DNA of 64,000 nucleotides. It comes from Maridesulfovibrio sp. GTDB taxonomy: Bacteria > Desulfobacterota > Desulfovibrionia > Desulfovibrionales > Desulfovibrionaceae. Positions 29,834 through 37,627 of the stretch are shown here, piece after piece (the first letter of the stretch is position 1; every line of letters begins with the position of its first letter). The notes beneath the pieces were generated by a model. That model was not told where the DNA came from, did no database searches, and saw only the letters and a program-made list of their open reading frames with translations. The stretch is taken from NCBI RefSeq assembly GCF_965140835.1, contig NZ_OZ223526.1. One strand, written 5' to 3'. Both the position numbers and the translations under genes were made by a program.

Positions 29834-29849
29834 TGCAAACTGCGCGCCA
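29834..29849 (-). promoter_or_regulatory. Sigma54 -24/-12 promoter candidate
   Basis: On the minus strand, TGGCGC-GCAGT-TTGCA with exact GG-N10-GC spacing. The -12 element is about 72 nt upstream of the 29763 ATG. Confidence 0.5.
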
Positions 29850-29987
29850 CAAGAAGAAAAACCCAACCAAGACACTATAAACATTGATTAAAAACAAAAA
29901 TTATTCAGTCTATTTTAAATAAAAAAACACTTTCTATGCCGTCAGGTCAGGACTTTGACTGGGCTGGTAAAGCCGTAACTTAGCCAA

Positions 29988-30021
29988 ACAAAAAGCCCGG
30001 CAGTAAACTGCCGGGCTTTTT
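29988..30021 (-). terminator. Intrinsic terminator after flgI (bidirectional shape)
   Basis: AAAAGCCCGGCAG-TAAA-CTGCCGGGCTTTT. Confidence 0.7.
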
Positions 30022-30056
30022 AGGCTCTCTATTATGTTGCACTGACATTCTTTGAT

Positions 30057-31190
30057 TTAAATTACTTCCAGTTCCGCATGCAGTGCTCCGGCAACTTTCA
30101 TTGTCCTAAGAATGGAAATCAAATCCCTGGGAGTTGCGCCGATGGCGTTAAGTCCATCCACAAGCTCTTGCAGGGTAGCTCCTTCAACAAGCATCAGCCT
30201 GTTGTTATCTTCTTGAACCTGAACATCGGTCTCGGGAGTGGTTACAGTCTGGGCCCCTTCTGGAGCAAATGGACCGGGCTGGCTTACATCAGCGCTCTCA
30301 GCGATGACCACCTGCAGATTGCCATGGGCGATGGCAACCTTGGTCAGGCGCACATTACGTCCAAGAACCACTGTTCCTGTTTTTTCATCAACCACGACCT
30401 TGGCCTTTGTATCAGGCGAAATTTCTATATTTTCAAGCGCAGCCATAAGCGGAACCATATTGCCCCGAAAGTTATCAGGAATAGCCAGATCGACAGTGGA
30501 TGCATCTACTGCGTTAGCAAAAGAACCGCCCATTACATTATTAATCCCTTTTACTACCTGCATGGTTGTACCGAAATCTGACATACCGAGATTGATGGTA
30601 ATCTTCTGCTGGCGGTTGAAATCAAAGGGAACTGAACGTTCGATAGTGGCACCCGAAGGAATACGGGCCACGGTTACAACGTTCTTGGATGCGGCTGCAG
30701 CATCACCGCTGGCGGAAAAACCGCCCACAGTGAGTGAACCCTGTGCAAGAGCATAAACCTTGCCGTCTATCCCCTTAAGGGGAGTCAGCAGCAGCACTCC
30801 GCCAAACAGAGATTTGCTGTCACCGATAGAGGAAACAGTTACATCAAGGGGAGCACCCGGCTTGGCGGAAACAGGCATCTTGGCAGTAACCATAACTGCG
30901 GCTACGTTTTTGGGCTTTATGGAATTACGGTCGACCTGCACACCCATTTTTTCCAACATGTTGATCATGGAGGTAATTGTAAAAGCGGAGTTGGTCCCGT
31001 CACCGGTTCCCGAAAGACCGACAACCAATCCGTATCCAACCAGATCGTTGTCACGCACACCGCTGAAAGAAGAGATGTCTTTCAGCCGTACCGCTTCTGC
31101 TGGCTGAGCATGCATGATAACGATGAACATGAGCAATAAGCCTGCCGCGAGCCCTGCTGATATCTTGTTCATCTTGTTAATGAATTTCAT
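30057..31190 (-). CDS. flgI: Flagellar P-ring protein FlgI
   Basis: [31 protein letters not shown]...ALHAELEVI. The ATG at 31190 follows GGAGGAAAGG. Confidence 0.9.
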   Translation of the reverse strand: MKFINKMNKISAGLAAGLLLMFIVIMHAQPAEAVRLKDISSFSGVRDNDLVGYGLVVGLSGTGDGTNSAFTITSMINMLEKMGVQVDRNSIKPKNVAAVMVTAKMPVSAKPGAPLDVTVSSIGDSKSLFGGVLLLTPLKGIDGKVYALAQGSLTVGGFSASGDAAAASKNVVTVARIPSGATIERSVPFDFNRQQKITINLGMSDFGTTMQVVKGINNVMGGSFANAVDASTVDLAIPDNFRGNMVPLMAALENIEISPDTKAKVVVDEKTGTVVLGRNVRLTKVAIAHGNLQVVIAESADVSQPGPFAPEGAQTVTTPETDVQVQEDNNRLMLVEGATLQELVDGLNAIGATPRDLISILRTMKVAGALHAELEVI

Positions 31191-31248
31191 CCTTTCCTCC
31201 ATTGATCACTATGACTCAATAAAACCTTACAGATACCCTGCCCTTTGA

Positions 31249-31947
31249 CTAGAAGGGCCATACATTGTCAAGAATTCTGGAAAGCCATCCGGGTCTCTGC
31301 TTATCAGCGAGAATGCCGCGCCCGTAGACTTCGATATGTGCATCGGCCAGATAATTTGAAGCGACAGTATTACCGGGGCCTATATCACGATGACGCAGAA
31401 GACCGCGCACAACCAGAACCTGAGTTTCGTCATTAATGCGAACCTGACGCGCACCTTCCACCTGCATCACGTTACCCGGAAGAATACGGACAACACGGCA
31501 TGCAACGGAAGCAGTCAGACTGGATTCGTTCTTGGTTTCACCCTTACTTGAAAATTTATTGGAAGTGGCAGAACCAATCATGGGTTTATCACTGGAAGCA
31601 CCGTTCATATTAAAAGGATCAACAGCAGTGGCAATCCCGGCACTGAAACCTGTCACGCTCAAACTGGTATCGTTTGCCTTCTCTGCTTTGGAGTCAGAAG
31701 TATGCTTGCCTTTGCTGGTTTCAGAAACTGTGACCACCACGATATCACCGATGCGCCGGGCACGGTTGTCGTCAAAAAGATATTCGGAGTCTGAAGCCGC
31801 AAATAAGGACCCGGGATTATTCATAGGTTCCGGTTCGTATTGAGCAGGCGGAGTCATGACCGGCATTGGGGTGGGAGCCTGCTTGGCAGGCGAACATCCC
31901 GCACATAGGGCTGTTAAAAGCATAATTGCCAGTATTGATTTTTTCAT
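31249..31947 (-). CDS. flgH: Flagellar L-ring lipoprotein FlgH
   Basis: Lipobox LCAGCS. NPGSLF...DNRARRIGDIVVVTV...GNTVASNYLADAHIEVYGRG. Confidence 0.85.
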   Translation of the reverse strand: MKKSILAIMLLTALCAGCSPAKQAPTPMPVMTPPAQYEPEPMNNPGSLFAASDSEYLFDDNRARRIGDIVVVTVSETSKGKHTSDSKAEKANDTSLSVTGFSAGIATAVDPFNMNGASSDKPMIGSATSNKFSSKGETKNESSLTASVACRVVRILPGNVMQVEGARQVRINDETQVLVVRGLLRHRDIGPGNTVASNYLADAHIEVYGRGILADKQRPGWLSRILDNVWPF

Positions 31948-31968
31948 ATTATTCATTCCTCCGCTTAA

Positions 31969-32973
31969 TTACTTGACCTGAACTGTCTGACCGTCGACAA
32001 CAGTCGCAATCACTTTCCGTTTACTTTGCAAATTACGGACCGTAACGGTCTGCCCGATTCCACCGTCCTCAAGTGATTCCACAGGGACAGTCAGCTTCAG
32101 ATGTTTGCTTCGAAACATGAGAGTAACCTTATCTCCTCGGGCGATGACCGGAGCGGGCTCAATGGAAGACAACAAGATGGGCTGACCGGTCCCAACGGGA
32201 ACTTTGACCCTCCACGGGCCGCCCTTTCCGTCCCATATATTGCTGCCCATATGGGCCATATTCTTGCTCTTCCAAGTGATCAGATCAGGAGTAATCACTT
32301 CTTTTCGATTGATAGGACGCACAGGACAGGGAACGGGAACCCATTGATCCACGAAAACCGTTCCGGCCAGCTGGCGCAGAACCCGCCCGTCTACGCTGAC
32401 TACCATCATCTTGAAACTGTTGTTTCCCGGTTCGAGAGCCCGGGGGATCTGGACTCTCAAACTGTCCATAGAATCTTTGAAAAACAAATGTGGAGGAAGC
32501 TTGAAGTCTCTGAACTTATAATCTCCATTCATGGCTTCCGCATACGGAGTCAGAACTTTGACGACAGCCCTTTGAAGCTCTTCCTGCGACATTACCTTGC
32601 CGCCGGTCTGCATGGTCAGGGTGGACGGAATTATACAATTTCGGATCAGATCTCCAAGATAGTGCTGAAGAATGACACGCAGTTTATTACGGTTCACACG
32701 CACCGGCTTACGTTTCTTTCCCGGAGCATTCCACAGCTCAACCCGGGAAAGGTCGGCCTTGGTCTGTTCAGGGAGATCCCCGTAAAACTCGGCAATATCA
32801 CCAAGGGTGACACGGGAACTGTTGACCACGGCGGCAGACTTAATTTTGATCCGCCAGTCGGTATTCTGCTTCGAAGCTGCGACGGGAGATACCGCAAAAA
32901 CAGCTATCCCGGCAGCGATAATGAGCATACGTGCTAACCTGCGAAAATTTGGAAAAAAATCTGCCTTAGTCAT
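31969..32973 (-). CDS. flgA: Flagellar P-ring assembly chaperone FlgA
   Basis: Signal sequence present. C-terminus ARGDKVTLMFRSKHLKLTVPVESLEDGGIGQTVTVRN. Located between flgG and flgH. Confidence 0.8.
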   Translation of the reverse strand: MTKADFFPNFRRLARMLIIAAGIAVFAVSPVAASKQNTDWRIKIKSAAVVNSSRVTLGDIAEFYGDLPEQTKADLSRVELWNAPGKKRKPVRVNRNKLRVILQHYLGDLIRNCIIPSTLTMQTGGKVMSQEELQRAVVKVLTPYAEAMNGDYKFRDFKLPPHLFFKDSMDSLRVQIPRALEPGNNSFKMMVVSVDGRVLRQLAGTVFVDQWVPVPCPVRPINRKEVITPDLITWKSKNMAHMGSNIWDGKGGPWRVKVPVGTGQPILLSSIEPAPVIARGDKVTLMFRSKHLKLTVPVESLEDGGIGQTVTVRNLQSKRKVIATVVDGQTVQVK

Positions 32974-32993
32974 TATAAACCGTCCTTATTTAA

Positions 32994-33776
32994 TTATCGT
33001 TTTACGTTAATCGCCGTCTGAAGCATTGAATCAGAGGTGGTAATCGCTTTGGAGTTTGTCTCGTAAGCCCTCTGTCCAACAATGAGTCCCACCATTTCGT
33101 CAACCAGCTCGACGTTGGATCCTTCGAGGTATCCCTGAGCGAGAGTACCGAAATTATCTTCTCCGGGGGTTCCCTGAATGGCTGCACCTGAAGCTTCAGT
33201 TGGCAAATAGAGGTTTTTACCTACAGCATTAAGGCCTGCTTCGTTGATAAAGTCGTAAATAGTGATATCCGCACTGGAAAGTTCAATTCCGTTTTTATCA
33301 AGGGCTGCAATGTGCCCGTCTTCTGAGACAACAACGTTTACAGCCTCGGTGGGAACAGTGAACTCAGGCTGAAGCGGATAACCGTTGGAAGTAACCAAAC
33401 GTCCGTCACTATCAAGCTTGAAGGCTCCGGCACGGGTGTAGGCCTCGTCACCGTTACGATCAACAAGGAAGAATCCATTTCCTTCAATGGCTATATCGAG
33501 CGGGTTGCCGGTGCTTTCGAAAGAGCCCTGACTGAAAAACTTGTGGATACTGACTTCTTTTACACCCATACCGATCTGCATACCGGTAGGCAGTCTGTTA
33601 CCACCCTCAGTTTCAGAACCAGCAATACGCATGGTCTGATACATAAGGTCTTCAAATTCTACCCTGCTTTTTTTGAACCCTTGAGTGTTCACGTTGGCAA
33701 GGTTGTTCGAAAGAACGTCGATGTGAGTCTGCTGCGCAACCATACCTGTGGCTGCTGTCCAGAGTGAACGCATCAT
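32994..33776 (-). CDS. flgG: Flagellar distal rod protein FlgG
   Basis: MMRSLWTAATGMVAQQTHIDVLSNNLANVNTQGFKKSR...VGLIVGQRAYETNSKAITTSDSMLQTAINVKR. Confidence 0.9.
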   Translation of the reverse strand: MMRSLWTAATGMVAQQTHIDVLSNNLANVNTQGFKKSRVEFEDLMYQTMRIAGSETEGGNRLPTGMQIGMGVKEVSIHKFFSQGSFESTGNPLDIAIEGNGFFLVDRNGDEAYTRAGAFKLDSDGRLVTSNGYPLQPEFTVPTEAVNVVVSEDGHIAALDKNGIELSSADITIYDFINEAGLNAVGKNLYLPTEASGAAIQGTPGEDNFGTLAQGYLEGSNVELVDEMVGLIVGQRAYETNSKAITTSDSMLQTAINVKR

Positions 33777-33800
33777 AATTTTATCCCCCTAAGTTATGAA

Positions 33801-34568
33801 TTACATATCTGCCCTACCGACCTGCTGGATGACCTTCTGATCAAGAGTGTCGGTGGTGGTAATCATTTTCTGATACATTTCAAAGCTGCGTTGACACTCG
33901 ATCATCGCAACCATTTCGTTAACTACTTCAACATTTGATTTCTCAATGTACCCCTGAGCAACCTCACCGGCAGCCGGAACTTCTCCAGCTTCATTAACGA
34001 AAAGGTTCTCACCATCCTTTTTCAAGGAACGAAAGTCTGCGGGCTGCACGAAATCAAGACGGGCGACTTCCTGTCCGTCGGCATAAATAACTCCCTCACC
34101 GTCAACAGTAACCCGGGAGCGTGGGGGGAGATTGACCTCTCCACCACTGGCCATAACAGGGTACCCCTGCTCGGTTACTAACGTTCCGTCAGCCGAAAGT
34201 GTGAACACTCCGTTTCTGGTGAGGTATTCTTGACCGTCTTTCTGGACTTTGAAAAAACCATCGCCGCGGATGGCAAGATCGAGCGGGTTGCCTGTTTTCT
34301 GAAAAGAACCCTGAGACATGTCGATGACCTCTTCCGAAAGCCTTGGGCGAGCCATGATTTTTGCTTCCGGAAGTATATCCTTGTCTCTTAAATAGGTCTT
34401 TGCATCAGCGACCGAGTCGTGAGCAAAACGTATGAAGGTGTCCTGAAACGCACAGTTGTCACGCTTAAACCCCGTGGTATTGACGTTCGCCAAATTATTG
34501 GCGCTGATATCAATCCTGTGTTCGTTGGACATTGCCCCGTACAAGGCACTGAAAATACTGGATCGCAT
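33801..34568 (-). CDS. flgF: Flagellar basal-body rod protein (FlgF type)
   Basis: ISANNLANVNTTGFKRD...MIECQRSFEMYQKMITTTD. The ATG at 34568 follows AGGAGA. Confidence 0.8.
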   Translation of the reverse strand: MRSSIFSALYGAMSNEHRIDISANNLANVNTTGFKRDNCAFQDTFIRFAHDSVADAKTYLRDKDILPEAKIMARPRLSEEVIDMSQGSFQKTGNPLDLAIRGDGFFKVQKDGQEYLTRNGVFTLSADGTLVTEQGYPVMASGGEVNLPPRSRVTVDGEGVIYADGQEVARLDFVQPADFRSLKKDGENLFVNEAGEVPAAGEVAQGYIEKSNVEVVNEMVAMIECQRSFEMYQKMITTTDTLDQKVIQQVGRADM

Positions 34569-34621
34569 GTCTTTATCTCCTGAAAGAGGATTCACTTCGC
34601 ATTAGTTGGTGCACAGTACTT

Positions 34622-34637
34622 TGCAAAGTGCAGGCCA
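34622..34637 (-). promoter_or_regulatory. Sigma54 -24/-12 promoter candidate for the flgF-G-A-H-I operon
   Basis: On the minus strand, TGGCCT-GCACT-TTGCA with exact spacing. The -12 element is about 55 nt upstream of the flgF ATG. Confidence 0.5.
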
Positions 34638-34651
34638 AAGAAGATAAGCAC

Positions 34652-34685
34652 AAAAAAATCCCGGCCAAGCATAAGCTTGACCGGG
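34652..34685 (-). terminator. Intrinsic terminator after the 90-aa ORF
   Basis: On the minus strand, CCCGGTCAAGC-TTAT-GCTTGGCCGGG followed by ATTTTTTT. Confidence 0.65.
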
Positions 34686-34712
34686 ACAGATTCAACTATG
34701 GCTGGTATACAA

Positions 34713-34985
34713 TCAGGCGGAGCAGTAAATAATTCCCCCCACCCTGATCTCTGGAACAATTCCCTGAGTCGCATCCTGAGTGTTAAAACCTATGGTTGCG
34801 TCAGTGACTTCAAAAGCCACAGTCGCGTCAACACTATTCACACCTTGTGTTGCAGGCAGAATATCCACATGCCCTGCGGGTCCGGGTACGGTCGACCCGG
34901 CCGGGCCGGCGCTGAAAGTAGCCGCTGGAGCAGCTGTCACGTGTCCTGCAGGTCCGGCAACAATGTTATCAGTTAGTACCGGCAT
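34713..34985 (-). CDS. 90-aa Gly/Pro/Ala/Thr-rich hypothetical protein with a thrice-repeated GPAG motif
   Basis: MPVLTDNIVAGPAGHVTAAPAATFSAGPAGSTVPGPAGHVDIL... An AAGGA RBS lies 8 nt upstream. The unit has its own promoter-like elements and terminator. Several rare codons (CTA, ATA, AGG, GGG) lower my confidence. Confidence 0.4.
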   Translation of the reverse strand: MPVLTDNIVAGPAGHVTAAPAATFSAGPAGSTVPGPAGHVDILPATQGVNSVDATVAFEVTDATIGFNTQDATQGIVPEIRVGGIIYCSA

Positions 34986-35019
34986 TTATAAAGTCCTTTT
35001 TAGAGTTCCGCATAAAATA

Positions 35020-35075
35020 AAAATAATGACAAAACGGAATATGTCAAATTTACCTGCAGAAATGGTTAATGTCAA
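35020..35075 (-). promoter_or_regulatory. Two tandem sigma70-type promoter candidates for the 90-aa ORF
   Basis: On the minus strand, TTGACA-N17-TAAATT (35075-35047) and TTGACA-N16-TATTTT (35047-35020). Confidence 0.35.
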
Positions 35076-35184
35076 AGAATACCGTCTTGCGGGTGCTATA
35101 ATATAATGTTAGAGAACCTTATCGTATATCCTGATTCTTAAGGCACGCTATTCTCCTGTTCCTGCGCAAACATACATTCTGTAC

Positions 35185-35213
35185 TTGACATTGAACTAGC
35201 TTCTGTCTAAGTT
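35185..35213 (+). promoter_or_regulatory. Sigma70-type promoter candidate for the rimP-nusA-infB operon leader
   Basis: TTGACA-N17-TAAGTT. Confidence 0.45.
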
Positions 35214-35343
35214 GCTGAACTCGGTGCGGGTGTATCATAGTGTAACCAGCAGGTATACATCGTAGATTTTTGAAGTTTCAGGCAAACCTCATACATTCGC
35301 ATCAGCCTCAATTTATAACCTTTTGTTGGGTTAAGATGCTGAG

Positions 35344-35370
35344 GTGGGCCTTTTCAGGTCCACTTTTTTT
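35344..35370 (+). terminator. Intrinsic terminator/attenuator inside the rimP leader
   Basis: GTGGGCC-TTTTCA-GGTCCAC followed by T7, located 39 nt upstream of the rimP GTG start. Confidence 0.6.
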
Positions 35371-35408
35371 ATTTTGTCCGCCTGAAAACCAGCAACACGG
35401 GGTAAATC

Positions 35409-35876
35409 GTGGAACAAGGCTCATTAGCCAAAAAAATAAGCCAGTTCGTGGAACCTGCCATTGAATCCATGGGACTGACCCTTTGGGGAGTAGAAGTCAC
35501 CTCCGCCAACCGTCCGGCTGTCATCATTTATATTGACAGTAAAGATGGTGTCAGCATCGACCAGTGCGCCGAAGTAAGCCGGGATGTAGGTCTCATGCTT
35601 GAAGTCGAAGAAATCATCGACAGCGCATATGTACTCGAGGTGTCCTCTCCGGGACTTGAACGCAAATTTTTCAAGCCTGAGCAGATGTCTGCATATATCG
35701 GCAGGAAACTGGACATCGCCCTGGTTTTTTCTCTTGAGGGACGCAAAAACTTCAAAGGTCTTCTTCAAGATGCCGATGAAGAAGGATTGACCCTCGAACT
35801 TGATGATCAGGAAGATCCCATAAACATAGAGTGGGATAGAATTAAAAAAGCAAAACTCATCCATGAGTTTAAATAA
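35409..35876 (+). CDS. rimP: Ribosome maturation factor RimP
   Basis: FVEPAIESMGLTLWGVE...YVLEVSSPGLERKF. GTG start. Confidence 0.85.
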   Translation: MEQGSLAKKISQFVEPAIESMGLTLWGVEVTSANRPAVIIYIDSKDGVSIDQCAEVSRDVGLMLEVEEIIDSAYVLEVSSPGLERKFFKPEQMSAYIGRKLDIALVFSLEGRKNFKGLLQDADEEGLTLELDDQEDPINIEWDRIKKAKLIHEFK

Positions 35877-35952
35877 AAATTAATTAGGCAGTCATTCGGC
35901 TGGCCGGCACAACACTTGTGCCTCGGAAATTGTGCCGAAGCGGAGGAGCGAT

Positions 35953-37335
35953 ATGGGTTCTGAACTCAAAAAAGCGATTGACCAGATCAGCAAGGACCGC
36001 GGGATCGACAGAGACCTGCTCATCGATACCCTTGAAGAAGCGGTTCGTTCTTCTGTGGCCCGCAAATACGGCGATGCCATGGATATCGAGGTCAATTTCA
36101 ATGAAGAAGCCGGTGAAATCGAAGTCTACCAGTTCAAGGTAGTTGCCGAAGAAGTTGAAGACGAAATCAGCGAAATTACTCTCGAAGAAGCAAAAGAGCA
36201 TGACCCCAACGTCCAGATCGACGATGAGATGGGCTTCAAGCTCAAAGTTGAAGATCTCGGCAGGATCGCCGCCCAGTCTGCCAAGCAGGTTATCATACAG
36301 CGCATGCGTGATGCGGAACAGGAAATCATCTACGATGAATTCAAAAACCGCATGAATGAAATAGTAAGCGGTATTATTCAGCGCCGCGACCGTACAGGTT
36401 GGATCATCAACCTCGGACGCACTGAAGCTGTACTGCCCAAAAACGAACAGATTCCCCGCGAAAGATACAAACGCGGCGACCGTGTGCAGGCATTTATCAT
36501 CGATGTACAGAAAGAATCCCGCGGCCCCCAGATCGTGGTTTCCCGTTCACATCCCGATTACATGACAGCACTTTTCAAAAGGGAAGTTCCCGAAGTGGAC
36601 GATGCCACAGTCAAAATCATGGGTGTTGCCCGTGATCCGGGACTGCGTGCCAAGGTTGCGGTTAACTCTCTTGACCGCGATGTTGATCCTGTCGGCGCTT
36701 GCGTCGGTATCCGTGGTTCCCGCATCCAGAACATTGTTCAGGAACTGCGCGGCGAACGTATAGATATCGTTGTCTGGAGTCAGGATATTGCAAAATATGC
36801 CCAGAATGCCCTTTCTCCTGCGGTAATTACCAGAATCGCAGTTGATGAAGATGAGAAAACTCTTGAAGTTGTAGTTCCCGATGATCAGCTGACTGTGGCT
36901 ATCGGACGCAAAGGCCAGAACGTAAAGCTGGCTTCAAGACTTCTGGGTTGGAAAATAGATGTCTTCACTGAAAGCCGCTACGGCGAAATGAACGCTGCAA
37001 GCAAGGGCATGGATCAGGTTGCCAGTGTTGCTGAAATTCCGGTGGACAACTTTATTTCCGCCGGGTTCGAAACAGTAAGTCAGGTCGCCAATGCTTCTGA
37101 AGAGATTCTCATGTCAATCTCCGGCATGACTCCTTCCAAAGTCTCCGACATCAAGTCCGCGATTATGTTGCTGGGCATCGGTGCGGATGAAGAGGAAACT
37201 GTAGAAGAAGCTTTCCAGCAAGAGAAGGTTACCGAAGCTCCCGCTGATGCGGAAGAGCTGGTTGAAGAATCCGCAGGCGATGAAACTGCTTCGGCAGAAG
37301 AAATTGCTCAAAATGCGGAAGACGAAGAAGAATAG
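35953..37335 (+). CDS. nusA: Transcription termination/antitermination factor NusA
   Basis: ELKKAIDQISKDRGID, S1 and KH domains (GACVGIRGSRIQNIVQELRGERIDIV), acidic C-terminus. The ATG at 35953 follows GGAGGAG. Confidence 0.95.
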   Translation: MGSELKKAIDQISKDRGIDRDLLIDTLEEAVRSSVARKYGDAMDIEVNFNEEAGEIEVYQFKVVAEEVEDEISEITLEEAKEHDPNVQIDDEMGFKLKVEDLGRIAAQSAKQVIIQRMRDAEQEIIYDEFKNRMNEIVSGIIQRRDRTGWIINLGRTEAVLPKNEQIPRERYKRGDRVQAFIIDVQKESRGPQIVVSRSHPDYMTALFKREVPEVDDATVKIMGVARDPGLRAKVAVNSLDRDVDPVGACVGIRGSRIQNIVQELRGERIDIVVWSQDIAKYAQNALSPAVITRIAVDEDEKTLEVVVPDDQLTVAIGRKGQNVKLASRLLGWKIDVFTESRYGEMNAASKGMDQVASVAEIPVDNFISAGFETVSQVANASEEILMSISGMTPSKVSDIKSAIMLLGIGADEEETVEEAFQQEKVTEAPADAEELVEESAGDETASAEEIAQNAEDEEE

Positions 37336-37339
37336 TACA

Positions 37340-37364
37340 CTCCGGGGGAAACCCCGGAGATTTT
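37340..37364 (+). promoter_or_regulatory. GC-rich hairpin between nusA and ylxR (partial terminator or processing site)
   Basis: CTCCGGGG-GAAA-CCCCGGAG followed by ATTTTAAT. Confidence 0.5.
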
Positions 37365-37375
37365 AATAAAGGCAG

Positions 37376-37621
37376 TTGTATTTGACCGGAAAGGACAGCA
37401 CAGAAAAACATGTACCGACAAGGTCATGTGTCATTTGCAGGCAGCGTTTTGCCAAAGAAGAACTGTTCAGGTTCGTTGTGGGCAAGGGGGCTTCCGACAG
37501 CGGACTTATTCCGGATGAGAAAAAGGTAATGCATGGTCGTGGATATTATGTTTGCGATAATGATAAGTGCCTTGAAAGATTTAAATTTTTTCGGCCACGG
37601 AAGAAGAACTTCAGGGGGTAG
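37376..37621 (+). CDS. ylxR: YlxR/RnpM family (DUF448) RNA-binding protein
   Basis: RSCVICRQRFAKEELFRFV...GRGYYVC. It sits in the canonical position between nusA and infB. The only in-frame start is a TTG, so the start is uncertain. Confidence 0.75.
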   Translation: MYLTGKDSTEKHVPTRSCVICRQRFAKEELFRFVVGKGASDSGLIPDEKKVMHGRGYYVCDNDKCLERFKFFRPRKKNFRG

Positions 37622-37627
37622 TACCAT

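Noticed and set aside
34780-35106. 108-aa plus-strand ORF opposite the GPAG-repeat gene
   Set aside because: It has no RBS, it runs through the minus-strand promoter region, and there is no terminator downstream on the plus strand. The minus-strand reading is better supported by the flanking signals.
34986-35408. Switch from a 24-kb minus-strand gene run to an 11-kb plus-strand run, considered as a possible replication origin
   Set aside because: There is no dnaA/dnaN context and I see no TTATCCACA-type DnaA boxes in the gap. Earlier genes (3488-10791) are on the plus strand, so the pattern is not a clean divergence. The gap is explained by two divergent promoter regions.
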